Assembly (NCBI GenBank): GCA_964016885.1
Contig: OZ024742.1
Location: 263,438,001 to 263,502,000, forward strand
Direction of reading: 5' to 3'
Length of the DNA: 64,000 nucleotides
Source of the DNA: Eledone cirrhosa
Lineage: Eukaryota
Shown: one piece after another, positions 41,119 through 54,726 of the stretch
Layout of the letters: each line of letters begins with the position of its first letter
How positions within the stretch are numbered: position 1 is the stretch's first letter
Program-made: the position numbers and the translations under genes
The notes under the pieces: generated by a model
Databases searched by the model: none
The model's input: the letters and a program-made list of their open reading frames with translations, nothing else
What the model was told of the DNA's origin: nothing

Positions 41119-41145
41119 GTAGTAGTAGTAGTAGTAGTAGTAATA
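40490..41145. repeat. Compound trinucleotide microsatellites (GAT)n, (GAA)n, (TAA)n, (TAG)n
   Basis: Direct reading. Confidence 0.9.
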
Positions 41146-41874
41146 GGGAGAAGGAGTAGGAGGGGTATAGAATGAAAAGCAGTCGTGTCGTACAACTATT
41201 ATACGAAAAGTACCTACCTTAGCTGCAGGTAATAGGAAATATTGTGAAGTGTTTTGTGATTGGTTAGAAATATATTAATGACATATATAGCAATGACCAA
41301 TACCAGATTCATGAATACCTATCTATCATCTGCCCACCCCTATCTATCTTATATTTGTTTGTATATGTGTAGAAGTCAAATTATGTGTGTATGTGTTGCT
41401 GTGAGTGTATATATGTATATATGTATGTATGTATGTATGTATGTTCTTCTGGTTTTTTTAATTTCACAAATTTTTATTTATGTATGTATGTATGTATGTA
41501 TGTATGTATGTATGTATGTATGTATGTATGTATGTATGTATGTATGTATGTATATAAAGCGCGCTAGCAGCCGAAGGGTACGATAACATTGTATCTGTGT
41601 ATATACAGAGTGGATAACCAATGTGTTTAAAAAATATACACAACTTTTTTTAATATGTAGGTAAGTAAACATGCTAAAAATACGATTTTCCCCGTAAATT
41701 GAAAAAATGATAAACATCTTTAATCGATTTTCGGACCGAGCTGGGACCCCATCAAACCCCATCAAACAACCACAAGGAAACATGTATTGGATGGGATTAT
41801 AAACCCATTCGCTCTTAACAGTATTCTGAAATGAACGTACCAATTCGCACACACACACACATATATATATATAT

Positions 41875-42520
41875 CATCATCATCATTTTACGTCCGCTTT
41901 TCCCTGCTTGCAAGGGTGAGACGGGTCCTATTCAGCACAGCATCCCTCCACTTGTCATGTTCCTTCGTCATCTCCTCCGTGAGCTTCAGCGATCTGAGGT
42001 CCGCTCTCACCACCTCCGCCCATGTTTTTCGTGGTCTTCTTTTCCTGCGTCTTCCTTCTACTGGCATTTCTTGGCACTTCTTTACCCAGCGGTCATCCTC
42101 CATTCGCATCACAGGTCCATACCATCGCAGTCTTCTCTCCCACACACCACAACTTATCCCTCTTATACACAGTTTCTCTCTCAACTCATCTATGTTGGGT
42201 CGTTCACGCACATTGACATTGCACATCCAACGGAGCATGCTTGCTTCATTTCTCTCCAGCCGTCGCATATCCTCTGCAATTGCTGTCCATGTCTCACTAC
42301 CATGCAGCATCGCGTATCTCACACAGGCATCATATAACCAGCCTTTCGTACGCAGAGAGAAACCCTTCTTCGTCAGCAGAGGAAGCAGCTCCCTAAACTT
42401 CTTCTAACTCGTCCTTATTCTAGATACTATGGCCTCGGAACACCCCCTCCCATGCTAATCTGATAACCTAGGAACCGGAAGCTATCAACTACTTCTATAG
42501 AACCTACCTGCATCTGAAAA
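41875..42520 (-). mobile_element. 5'-truncated RTE-type LINE 3' end with (GAT)n tail
   Basis: ORF 41888..42322 AMLHGSETW...MLRWMC...RRLRWYG.V.RM...GRR..RPRKTW...WR; (CAT)n at 41875. Confidence 0.85.
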
Positions 42521-42937
42521 ATGGTGGACGAATAAAGGCACCCAGACAGGTTGTCTTACTGGACTCAAGGGGCCCTCTCCACCCCTCCATTTTACAGAGC
42601 CACCAGCACTAGAGAGGTTGTCTTACTGGACTCCGGAGCCTTCACCCTCCCCCCATTTTACAGCATGGATTGAGTGCTTTTATTCGAGCCACCAGCACTA
42701 GGGAATATGTATATATTCCTGTTCTCCCCCTATCTGAACTTTCTGATGAAGGACTTCTGTCTGAAACGTTGAAACCTCCTTCACTTCCACCAAGCGTGAA
42801 CTAAATAACTCTGTGTACAATTGACTCTGTGTTTTGTTCGTTCATTTTCAACTATATCTATATACATATATACATGCATATGTTTGAGTGCCAGTTCTAT
42901 CTATCTGTCTGTCTGTCTGTTTGCATATATAAACGAA

Positions 42938-43735
42938 ATTCTTTCTCGCTCACATTTCAACCAGGTTGGATGGTCTTTATCTCTCATCTACGATTTCACA
43001 GAACTTATGTTCACCGATTTCAGGGACTTGACTCCTTCTTCCTCACTTTTCGTTGCATTGCCATCTTTGTTTGTTTACTGTTTCGCTCGTTTCCCCTATT
43101 TACGTGTCCCAACGACTTTCTTTAGCCGTTGCTCGTACCAACCAGAGGTATATGGTCTTTAAAGCGATGAAATACCAATGAAGGCTGGAAGATCACTGAT
43201 GAAGGACTAATTTTATTCATATGTAACCCATTTGCAACCACGCAGCACGCCATTTTTTCATATATGTATATATTTTCCTCCGCTGTGACCCGTCTGTTTC
43301 TTTCTTACTGCTTCCCCTTTCTCTGTATCTCTCACTTTCTTTTTACCCCCTCTGCCAGTCACTCTCTCTGTTAGCCTCTTCCTCACACTTTCACTCACTC
43401 ACTCTCTGCTACTCCCTCTCCATCACTTCCTCCCGTTTGACCTGTACGATATTCTTTCTCGCTCACATTTCAACCAGGTTGGATGGTCTTTATCTCTCGT
43501 CTACGATTTCACAGAACTTATGTTCACCGATTTCAGGGACTTGACTCCTTCTTCCTCACTTTTCGTTGCATTACCATCTTTGTTTGTTTACTGTTTCGCT
43601 CGTTTCCCCTATTTACGTGTCCCAACGACTTTCTTTAGCCGTTGCTCGTACCAACCAGAGGTATATGATCTTTAAAGCGATGAAATACCAATGAAGGCTG
43701 GAAGATCACTGATGAAGGACTAATTTTATTCATAT
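42938..43735. repeat. ~285-bp near-identical direct repeats (42938-43222, 43450-43735)
   Basis: attctttctcgctcacatttcaacc...gatcactgatgaaggactaattttattcatat occurs twice. Confidence 0.9.
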
Positions 43736-43830
43736 ATATACATATTTATATATTAAAAAAACATATATATATTTGCAAATAGACAATGGAAGACACATAT
43801 TGTGATCACATTGGATCGGAACCTTTTAGA

Positions 43831-43870
<40 letters not shown>

Positions 43871-43895
43871 ACACACACACACACACGCACGCACG

Positions 43896-43964
<69 letters not shown>

Positions 43965-44000
43965 CACACGCGCGAACACACACGCACACACACACGCGCG

Positions 44001-44044
<44 letters not shown>

Positions 44045-44459
44045 CACATAACTGGGATCTCCGTCACATGACACCATTGATCAGTATTTGAAAAGTTGCT
44101 CTGTAAGGCGTAGGCCTGGGTAAGATTTATTGTGGCGCAGCAGCGGTCGTCCAAGCGTGCCATTCTCTCCTTATCACGTCGCCGATATTCCTCAAAGGAA
44201 AGACCTAGGCCAAGAGAGCATGGCACCAGTGACATCGTTGCCGAACTCAGACGGCTGACGCTCTAACAATCCAACACCAGAAACTCGTACTTTATTTATC
44301 GACACCGAAAGAATGAACTTTAAAGATGATCTAAACGGGATTTGAACTGAAAGCACTGAGAGCCGGAAGAAGTCTCGCAATTTATCAAACGGTCTCACGA
44401 CTCTGATAATAGAGCGCCCTGTTTTCTTATACATTGATAGATATGACTTGCACGTAAAC

Positions 44460-44556
<97 letters not shown>

Positions 44557-45509
44557 AAATGCATACATACTGACATACAAATAAGCTCATCTGTACATGC
44601 CGCCCAAGTTACTTATGCACATATGACAGAAAGGGCGGGCAGCTACAGAGATATTTATCAATATGGTATTTAATCCTATGCTCGAAGGACATTGACAAGT
44701 ACACACACACACACACAAACACACACACGTATATATATGTATGTTTATGTGTGTGAGTGTATGTGTGTGTGTGTATTATATATACACATATATAGATATA
44801 TAACTGTATCTCTTTTCTCTTTTTCTTCACTCTCCTCTCTCTAAATAAATTATATATATATATATATATACAGTATATGAGAGTACACCAATTTTCATGG
44901 ACTCATACACACACATATATATACACACGCACACACACATTAATGTACATATATGTTTATGTGTCACCTGTTGAGAATAGGTAGTTTATTTTCTTGTTTA
45001 GACTCAGGTGGAACCTGCTTCAGCAAAGTTATGATAAAATATATTCCAGTTAAGCTCAATGCGTCTTTTTAGGACTATTTTAACGAATGCTTCCTTCCTA
45101 ATTTAAGTCTGTCTCGATTGATTTAAGTGACTGCTATTTCCAGGAATATATATTCGTCTGGTTATGTATGTATATATAAATAAGATATGCTTGTGTATAT
45201 TATGCCAATAGTCTTTGTATGTAGCTATATAAATACCTGCATACAATATATAAATATGCAACTGTAGATCTGCGTATATGAATGTATATATCTTTGAATG
45301 TATATATGTATGCAAACATATATTCATGCATACATAGATAAGCATCTCGTATATGGTTATGTATACCGGTTTATATGCATCCACATGTTTATGTGAATAT
45401 GTTTATATGTATACCCATGATTATAAATTATATAGTCATGCACCCCACCACACACATATATGTATGCATACTTATATACATACATATATATACATAATTA
45501 CACACGCAC

Positions 45510-45577
<68 letters not shown>

Positions 45578-45933
45578 TGTATACATATATCGATGTATAC
45601 CTATAATTTCTCAGACACACAAACACAAACACACACACACGCATTTATATGTATGTATGTATTTATATATATATATATATATATATATGCTTTCCTGTAT
45701 ATCTATTTATGTGTGTGTCGTATACATATATGCATGTTAGTGTGTATGTTTGTGTGATAAAATGTATGTATATGTGATATAATGTATGTATGTGTGTGTG
45801 TGTGTACTACGTCTGCAGAAATGTAGATTAATGATTACTCATGCGCATACGCGCACACATAGACACACTCAGACACACACACAGATACACATACAGATAC
45901 ACATAAGACATACCTTTAAATACGCGCACACAC

Positions 45934-46026
<93 letters not shown>

Positions 46027-46201
46027 GGAGGTGAGTTTTATTGTAGTACAATAAAGCAATGCAGATATCGGATAAGAAGCACTCTACAGTTTGTAGGACT
46101 GGAGTATACATAATATAAGATCAAAAGATGGTTAAAGGATATGTTGATTTAAAACTGCACTATCCACAAGTGTTTTTTAGCCTTCATATCATGTTCTCCT
46201 G

Positions 46202-46268
46202 TTTTATCTGATGAAAACACAAATATTATTGCATGATGATGTTTGTTTTTGAAATGCGCATAATAAAA
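46202..46268 (+). ncRNA. Type I hammerhead, same family as 62578
   Basis: ttttatCTGATGAaaac...ttttGAAATgcgcATAataaaa. Confidence 0.8.
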
Positions 46269-46300
46269 TACATGGAACTCCTTTAACCATCTTTTGATCT

Positions 46301-46337
<37 letters not shown>

Positions 46338-46343
<6 letters not shown>

Positions 46344-46922
46344 TAAACGGAATAGAAAATGCTGACAAATTGTTCATAGTTGAAAAATGGTTTAATTAGG
46401 AATAAAAGAGTATTAGTGATTGTATGGGTTAGTATTCAGTTGTGGTTTTAAGTTTTTAAGTTTTTACCGGTTGCGCATTTCTAAATGCTTTTCAAAAATA
46501 ATTTTGAGATAGAGTGTCCGTGCTGTTTGCTCTGATCTGATTAGTTTTGGGAATTCTACCTGTTTTTATGTTAAAAAAGTGGCTCCAGCGTTACTTTGGC
46601 GTTGCAAAAATTCTTGTGCAACACCAAAGTAACGCTGGAGCCACTTTTTTAACATAAAAACAGGTAGAATTCCCAAAACTAATCAGATCAGAGCAAACAG
46701 CACGGACACTCTATCTCAAAATTATTTTTGAAAAGCATTTAGAAATGCGCAACCGGTAAAAACTTAAAAACTTAAAACCACAACTGAATACTAACCCATA
46801 CAATCACTAATACTCTTTTATTCCTAATTAAACCATTTTTCAACTATGAACAATTTGTCAGCATTTTCTATTCCGTTTACCAATATATAATAACTTGTGT
46901 GTTACACCTCTATTCTTTTAAC
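46338..46922. repeat. Near-perfect ~270-bp-arm palindrome in (TA)n
   Basis: Arms ~46338-46606 and ~46617-46888, ~10-nt loop, short tail. Confidence 0.9.
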
Positions 46923-46930
46923 TATATATA

Positions 46931-46990
<60 letters not shown>

Positions 46991-47081
46991 TAACAGATTT
47001 GCTCTACGGTTCTTATATATTTGATATATATTTATCCTTATCGAGCCCTCTTTGGATTTTAGTCTTCAAATTTATTATTAT

Positions 47082-47165
<84 letters not shown>

Positions 47166-47167
<2 letters not shown>

Positions 47168-47638
47168 CGGCGATGAATTAGTTTTGCGAGGTTTTTGATA
47201 TGAAATCATGTGTCGAAACAAATATTGTTATACTTGGGGAGGGTCATATTTATGTAATAATATTGCCAGAATTAATAACAGAACATATATATAGTCTCAC
47301 AAAGTTCTTTCGTTGCACATCTGCCACATCGTCAGTGGTGCTATTATGTTTCCTCCCGTTGCATTGTATGCCTACATACAATGCAACGGGAGGAAACATA
47401 ATAGCACCACTGACGATGTTGCAGATGTGCAACGAAAGAACTTTGATAAACTATATATATGTGTTTGTGTCTATATTGTATCTGTATTTTTGACCGTTGG
47501 TCAGTCAATGGTAACATTGAGGACCGAATAAATAAATTAACCGATATAAAGGACACAGAAGCGAAAACCAACCAAACAGTGAGTGTGTTCTGTTATTAAT
47601 TCTGGCAATATTACACAAATATCACCCTCCCCAAGTAT

Positions 47639-47644
<6 letters not shown>
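47166..47644. mobile_element. Fold-back mini element sharing both termini with the Penelope-like fragment at 35461-36720
   Basis: Starts aacggcgatgaattagtt, ends ccccaagtataacaat; internal palindrome centred near 47372. Confidence 0.88.
47405..47448 (+). ncRNA. Hammerhead core in Penelope-like pseudo-LTR
   Basis: CTGACGA-t-gttgca-gatg-tgcaac-GAAAG-aa-CTT; stem I imperfect. Also at 36477 and inverted at ~47298-47340. Confidence 0.65.
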
Positions 47645-47673
<29 letters not shown>

Positions 47674-47761
47674 ATACAATAACAGAGATAGCTTTAAGCT
47701 AAACTCCGACTGGTAACCATCTCACTCAACAAACATTAGGTTATACGTTAGTATAAACCTA

Positions 47762-47825
<64 letters not shown>

Positions 47826-48096
47826 CTGTATGTCTGTATATATGTGTAAACACTCACATACACATATATGCTAACATTTATATATATATAGTTTCACAAT
47901 TGTAAGCTTATTGTCTCATTGAGTGAGCGATTCATGTCTGGAGATCGCTGAAATAACATCAGTGACCTTCGTAAACCGTATGTCTTTACTCCCAGTTTCA
48001 ACTGACATGCCTACTGCATAAGCTTAGAGATTTTCCATATTTTTATCTATTGTTTATATTACTAGTCACCCTTTGCATGCCTGTATATGTATGTAC

Positions 48097-48131
<35 letters not shown>

Positions 48132-48530
48132 CACCTTACTGGTTGAGTTCTATATTGGCTGTAATTTCATATTTTGGATTCACCCACCAAAGCGTATTTT
48201 TTCTCATATGACCGTCTTCTATTTTAGAGGTCACGTGTCATGATAGCGTAGGCCTGCTAAATTTACTAACAGAGCCATACACTCTTTTATGCACACACTA
48301 ATTACCTATTTATTGAGTTGGGTGCAACCTGTCGAGGAAGTGCAATTGGTCAATAGCGTAATATCTGCTGATAATACGCAATTTCTGCACACTGCAGTTT
48401 TAATAATTGTTGTTGAGCAGAATATTGCATAGAAACGGCATCCGTCCAGGATTTAAATACGCAACGTATCTTTACCTAAACAGAGCCACTGCACTTACCT
48501 TATAACTATTGTTATTTCTGTTTACCTTTT

Positions 48531-48595
<65 letters not shown>

Positions 48596-49047
48596 TAGAC
48601 ACTTTATTGCGGTCACCATGCATATTGCTACGCTTAAGTTAAATATATAACTATTGTGATGGAGGGAGAAAGTTAGGTATAGGCTAGAGTTATTTTCTTT
48701 TTATCCTCATAGCAAGGTGGTCAACAGAATCGTTTGGTTTGAACGTCAGATAGAATGTTTCGCGCTATTCGCTCTGGCTCTCTGTGCTCTGAGTGTTCAA
48801 CATCCCACAGAAGTCATCTTCGCTGTTCAAAGTCCACTCCCGGGTTCTATTACACCCCCTCTCTCTCAGGAAGAAATTGGCTGTGTTTAACCCTGGAGAG
48901 GGATCCCTCAAGTTTGAATGTCCATATCACTACAGCTCCCTTACGGCTCAATCAAAAGTAAGGGTATGTGGCATAGCATGGCATCCATATCACTTTCTTT
49001 ATAAATAGTTGTTTCACCCTTTTTGTATATTTCTGTTAGGCTTCTTT

Positions 49048-49135
<88 letters not shown>

Positions 49136-49517
49136 ACCTAGCTGTCGTCTGTTCTACAGTGTGGATGTCATTCACTTCGCACAGAAGTTTTGTTCAAATT
49201 TATTGAGGAAATTTTGTGAGTTCAAACTTAATTTTGATACAATTGTGTAGCTTGACCCTCCGTCTGAACTGTCAGGCGGTGGGTCAGCTCATCTTTACCC
49301 CTCCTAGAGGTGAAAAACCTGTTTTAAAAAATTTTGTGTAAAAAATTTCAATCGTCTAACAGAAATGTTAAACGCAGCGAACGAAAATAGTGGTGGGGGA
49401 CAGCGGTAAGAGTTGTAAGCTCGCACGCTTTAGTCCTCCCTTCCTTCCCAACTAACGTCATAGAGAAGGAAGGAAAAATTAAAATAAAAACAGACGAATC
49501 TGCGGAGAAAAAATTAA

Positions 49518-51255
49518 ATGACGAAAACACAAATCTGGACTTGGATTCCAACAACGAAAAAAAAAAAATTTGAAAAATTGCATGACAATACTAATAACAC
49601 AAACAAAGACACAACAAACACAAAAATAACAGTTGAAAATAACACCATATCAGAAAACAAAGCAGACGACAAGATTTCATTTGCACAGAAAACAAAGAAA
49701 TCTTTGACTTATATAGCGGAAAACATTTCAGATGTGGTACGAAGGATCACGGACGCCAAACAATACATAAGTGAAGGAGAGAATGGTATTTTATCGGTAA
49801 AAATGCCTCAAGAATTCACGAAAGACATTGAAAGCCGAACGGTCAAGTTTCGGACCATCAACAACAGTACAAAAAAACCTGAACAGCCTTCTCAAGCAGA
49901 TATCAAAACAGTACTCACAGAAGTACTTAATGAAACCACTTTCATAAGAAAAGACAGACTGTATGGAAGCCTAGCAATTATCATGAAGAACGAATCGGCG
50001 GCAAAAAAATGTGCTTTGTCACCGATTCGTTCGAAAAATTTCACCTTTTATCCATCTTATATGGGGAAAAGAACTCAACGCATATGGCTGGATGCAATGA
50101 TGCCAGATGTGGACTACTGCTGGCTCATAGCTGGCTTCATCGATTCAGTGAATGACAACGTGATTTCCATTGGGAAAACCACAGGCAATGCGTTCAGTGG
50201 AACAGGTATAGAGCTGGTAGTACAAATGAAGCCTGAACGCATCGCCCAAATACCCGACAGAATCCTATTAGAGGACCACGGGTATATAAACATTAGCGTG
50301 GAGGGGAGAAGGCCGTCCTGCCATATCTGTGCAGGCAGAGGGCACCTGAAGGCCGCTTGTCCCCAACTCAACAAAAAGAAAACCCTGCTACCAACACCAG
50401 CTCCACCACCACCACCACAACAGATAAACAAACAACAAAACTCAGTCCCACCCAACCCGTCCCTCAGTAAAACCACAACACAAACAGTCACAACACATTA
50501 CCCCAAAACAAAATACAGGTCCACCCAACCTCTCACTCAATAAAACAACACAACCACCGCAGACACAACACACAACACAGTCTAACATAGTGACATCCAT
50601 CTCCCCCACAAAGAAAACCAACACGGAAACATTACCAGCAAACATACCTCTTCCCTCCAACACTGAAGATAACCCAACGAATTCGGAGGGAGAAATGGAG
50701 TCCTTCAGACAGATTAAAAGGAAAAAAAGAAAACATGTGCAAAACACACAAGGACAAACAACCCCCACCCAAATCTCAACAAAATCCAACAAAACAGAAA
50801 ACACCCCTCCAGCAACAAACAAAACCAAACCTGCCCCTCCCCTCTTCGAAACACTCACACCATCGGAAAAAAAGACATTACACTATACTTACATCAACAG
50901 AAACAATAATAAATTAAATGAGCTCATATACAATAATCCTTCGGTTCAAACCGAAGGTGTAAACTTTGTTTCGTTAGAAAACTACCCACATTTAAAACTA
51001 ATAAAGATCCCAATGAACCTCTACCAAAAACTAAAAAAGGATTTTAAGGAGGACGTAGGACCACCCTCTGTCAAACCCATAAACCGCGTCCTACTAAAAA
51101 GATTTCCCCCTCCCCTTCCCCTCCCCAACACAACTCCAAACACCCCAACCCCACCACACACTGACGACCCCACACCACCACAAGACACCCCTTCACCCAA
51201 CACCCCCGACCCCATGGAAGTCGTGCAACCCGAACCCCGGGAAGCGGAAAGGTAG
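49518..51255 (+). pseudogene. Tx1 ORF1 (gag-like, CCHC knuckle CHICAGRGHLKAAC), interrupted by an in-frame stop near 50541 and probably a frameshift in the poly-A near 49560
   Basis: ORFs 49518..50543 and 50590..51255 lie directly upstream of ORF2. Confidence 0.8.
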
Positions 51256-51288
51256 GTCTCTACACTCTCCTTTGGCTCTGCCGCCCAC

Positions 51289-54200
51289 ATGGATGTGTTA
51301 AGAGTAGGATGTTTGAATGCACGTGGCCTGGGCTCAACTTGGAAGCAAGCAAAGCTTCTAAATGACCTCAGGTCATGTAGTATAAATGTAATGGTTATCT
51401 GTGAGACTCGAATCAGCGTCGTGCGGCAGCTGGCCCCCACCTTCGATGACTTTGAGGTGCATGCATCTCTCTGTCAACCTGGAGGTGGGGGTGGGGTTGT
51501 CGTACTGCTGCAAAAACACCTGGGTCTTGCCGTACAGGTTGTGCACTCGGACCCGGAGGGTCGTTTGTTGGTGCTAGACGTTGGCAGTAGTGAAAGTGCG
51601 GCCTTGAGACTGGTCGCCGTCTACTCCCCTTTCGGAGCTGAACGGCCCGACTTCTTCCAGCGTTTGGAGACTTTTCTGGGAACGTCGCGTTCCCTGCTTC
51701 TAGCGGGGGATTGGAATGACATCCTGGATGCACGTTGGGACTATGCAGGAGCATGTCCTAATAGAGGGGGGTGTAACAGCCTCAAGGGGTTACTCGACCG
51801 TTTTAACTTGGTCGATAGATATCGACTAGATTTTCCAACTGTGCCTACCTGGACTTGGAGAAACCACAGTGGTCAATCTAGATCGTACTTAGATAGATTC
51901 TTAGTTAGAAGTAAGGATAGGGACATATTAAGCTGTCCAGAAATGCGCACGGTTGGCTACACGGATCACAAATTAGTGACCTGCGTGGTCAATCTCGAGA
52001 AAACACATAGACAGGGTCCCGGTTACTGGAAACTTAATTTGTCTTTACCGGCAAAAGAGACTTACAGAAACCGGATTAGCAGATTAGTTAAGGAGAGGTT
52101 GACGGGTGCAATCGTCAACAACCGATGGTGGGCATCTCTCAAAAGAGAGATTAGAACAGAATCAATAAGTTATAGCAAGATGTTAGCTGCCGATAGGAAT
52201 AGAAACGAGAAAGAATTAACAGGTAAATTAGAAGAGGCAATCAAGAGCGAAGATGTGGCCAGAGTGCTGGCATCGAGGACGGCCTTGAACCAGTTTTTCG
52301 ATGCAAAGCACGAAGGCTGCGTCATCCGAAGTAAAATACGTGCTCTAGGTAATGAGGGGGCCAAAGCCGTTGGATGGGCCCGCGTGACAGAAGCTAAGAG
52401 TGGAAATCGATCCACCATCCGGTCGTTGCAAGACGAAGATGGACGGGTGATCCGGGAGCCTAAGCAGATGTGCGAGGCCTTTCAAAGGCACTTTGCCCGA
52501 TTGTTCGGGGGAGGCGAGGGTCCGGACGGGGGCGTGGATTTCGGTCCATACCTCGACGGCCTGCCGCGTCTCTCTAACGAAGAGGCAGAGTCCTGCGAGG
52601 GACCAATCTCGGCTGATGAGATCGGAGATGCGCTGAGCCAATGCAGCAGACGCAAATCTCCAGGTCTCGATGGTATACCTTACAAACTTTATTTAGCAAT
52701 GCCGGTCTTCTTCTCCGAACTCCTCGAAGCGGTCTACTGCAATTGGCAGCAGAACGGGAGAATTCCTTGTTCTGTAGCCAAGGGCGTAGTCACGCTGGTG
52801 AGGAAGAACGAGAACAAGGGGGATAATATAAATAATTTTCGGCCCATAACCCTGCTAAACACAGAGTTAAAGATTTTGGCCAAGGTGTTAGCAAAGAGGT
52901 TGGCGTTTGTCGTGGGTGGCCTGGTGGGAGATGCGCAGACATGTGCTATCCCATCCAGGTCCATTCACGATAACCTCCACCTCATGCGATACATCATAGA
53001 GAGGGTTGGCAACAAACCCGGCTTCGGTGGGGCCCTGATCAACTTAGATCAGTCTAAGGCCTTCGATAGGGTCGACCATGGTTACCTGGATGCGGTGCTA
53101 GCGGCGGCTGGGTTCGGTCCTGTTTTCAGAGGCTGGATCACTGCCCTACATAGCAACCACATCTGTTCTAGGATCAAGGTGAACGGCTACCTTTCGAAGC
53201 CGTTCGAAATCACACGATCCATTCGACAGGGGTGCCCTCTCTCCTCCCTTCTGTACGTATTGACTCTCGAGCCTTTACTGAGGAAGTTGGAGTTGTTGCA
53301 GGGTATCCCCCTGGAACCAGGATTGAGCAAAGCGGTGTCGGCCTACGCCGATGACGTAACAGTAATGGTATCAACCGACTCGGAGATCGAGGTGATCGGT
53401 ACCTTACTGGAGGAGTACGAAAGGTTGTCAGGAGCGAAACTGAACCGGGAAAAATCCATCGGGCTGCAACTCGGAACGTGGAGAGGCAGACCGATGCCTC
53501 CTGACGGTGTCATCGGACACTGGACGGAGGGCTCGGTAAAGTTGCTTGGGGTCTGGTTTGGACCGGACCTCCAGGTGGAAAAGAACTGGAACGAGGTTAC
53601 GAACAAGGTGTTTGCACTAACCCAGAAATGGGCCAAGTGTAAGCTGTCCCTAAAAGGCCGGGCGGAGGTGGCGAACATTTACATAGCGTCCGTCACTTAC
53701 TACCGCCTGACTGTCGTGCCTTGCCCTAAGGAAACACTCACCACCATGGAACGCATGCTCTTCCAATTTCTTTGGAAGAAGCGTCCTCCTATGGTGAGAA
53801 GATCCATCTGCTGCCAACAACCTTCGAAAGGAGGGCTGGGGATGCCGTGGTTGATGATGCGTAGGCACGCATTAAGGCTACGGCACCTACAGGTATTCCT
53901 CACTGGTCAACCGGTGTGGGCTCCGTTCGTGAAACGAGCCTTTCCGAGACTCGTCTCGCTCACCGAGCTACAGTCCTGGGTCAAGCAAAGATCCGGAAAA
54001 CTGGGAGACTGGCACACTGAGTGTGCTCAGGCGCTCAGGGCTCTCTGGCAAGCGGGCCGGGCCATCGGTGGAGAATCCACCTCATCATTCTATAGAGGGC
54101 TGGTGGCTAGCAGGGGCGATGACACCCTTGGAGAGTCGCTGGACATGGAAGAAGACGAACTGGCCAGCCTGTTCGGTAGGACTTTCGGCCCAGGACCAAT

Positions 54201-54726
54201 GGACAACTTCCAGAAGTCACTGGCCTGGCAGTGCTACCGGGGGGCTCTACCCGTTCGAGAGAGGCTCTACAGACACGGGCGCCCGGGCAGGGATCCCTCA
54301 AAAAAGATTTGCCATAGATGCGTGCGTCACGAAGAAACCGTTGCGCACGCATTGGTGCAATGTCCGGGCGTGGCTGATCTGTGGGGCTACGCCGAACGAC
54401 TGCTGTCGCGGGTGGCGCCGATTAAATTGACCGCCGAGTCCGTGATGACAATCAAACCGCCTCCCCTCTTCACAAAGGAAGCAAAGGCGGTTTTTCTGTG
54501 CGTAATAGCCATGTTGAAAGAGGTTGTTTGGTGGACACGATTGAAAGGTCTGAGGTCAGGCAACTTCCTCTCTGGCCATAGTCTGGTCTACTTCTTCCGA
54601 TATCACTTCGGAAGAAGGATAAGAATGGAGAGAGAGGTGCTTGGCCACAGGCAGTTTTATGAAAGGTGGGTGATAGTGGCGAGAATGGCTCGTGTAAATG
54701 GGCCTTCTCTGTATACCATCCTGTAG
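51289..54726 (+). CDS. Tx1 ORF2, 1145 aa: APE endonuclease, reverse transcriptase, C-terminal zinc-binding motif
   Basis: VGCLNARGL, GDWN, SYLDRF, TDHKLV, PGYWKLN, KSPGLDG, FRPITLLN, LDQSKAFDRVDH, RQGCPLS, AYADD, CHRC...ETVAHALVQC. Confidence 0.95.
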   Translation: MDVLRVGCLNARGLGSTWKQAKLLNDLRSCSINVMVICETRISVVRQLAPTFDDFEVHASLCQPGGGGGVVVLLQKHLGLAVQVVHSDPEGRLLVLDVGSSESAALRLVAVYSPFGAERPDFFQRLETFLGTSRSLLLAGDWNDILDARWDYAGACPNRGGCNSLKGLLDRFNLVDRYRLDFPTVPTWTWRNHSGQSRSYLDRFLVRSKDRDILSCPEMRTVGYTDHKLVTCVVNLEKTHRQGPGYWKLNLSLPAKETYRNRISRLVKERLTGAIVNNRWWASLKREIRTESISYSKMLAADRNRNEKELTGKLEEAIKSEDVARVLASRTALNQFFDAKHEGCVIRSKIRALGNEGAKAVGWARVTEAKSGNRSTIRSLQDEDGRVIREPKQMCEAFQRHFARLFGGGEGPDGGVDFGPYLDGLPRLSNEEAESCEGPISADEIGDALSQCSRRKSPGLDGIPYKLYLAMPVFFSELLEAVYCNWQQNGRIPCSVAKGVVTLVRKNENKGDNINNFRPITLLNTELKILAKVLAKRLAFVVGGLVGDAQTCAIPSRSIHDNLHLMRYIIERVGNKPGFGGALINLDQSKAFDRVDHGYLDAVLAAAGFGPVFRGWITALHSNHICSRIKVNGYLSKPFEITRSIRQGCPLSSLLYVLTLEPLLRKLELLQGIPLEPGLSKAVSAYADDVTVMVSTDSEIEVIGTLLEEYERLSGAKLNREKSIGLQLGTWRGRPMPPDGVIGHWTEGSVKLLGVWFGPDLQVEKNWNEVTNKVFALTQKWAKCKLSLKGRAEVANIYIASVTYYRLTVVPCPKETLTTMERMLFQFLWKKRPPMVRRSICCQQPSKGGLGMPWLMMRRHALRLRHLQVFLTGQPVWAPFVKRAFPRLVSLTELQSWVKQRSGKLGDWHTECAQALRALWQAGRAIGGESTSSFYRGLVASRGDDTLGESLDMEEDELASLFGRTFGPGPMDNFQKSLAWQCYRGALPVRERLYRHGRPGRDPSKKICHRCVRHEETVAHALVQCPGVADLWGYAERLLSRVAPIKLTAESVMTIKPPPLFTKEAKAVFLCVIAMLKEVVWWTRLKGLRSGNFLSGHSLVYFFRYHFGRRIRMEREVLGHRQFYERWVIVARMARVNGPSLYTIL

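Noticed and set aside
46725-46760. ttgaaaa...gaaatgcgca as a variant hammerhead (similar weak case near 21121)
   Set aside because: Stems I/II and the NUH triplet could not be formed convincingly
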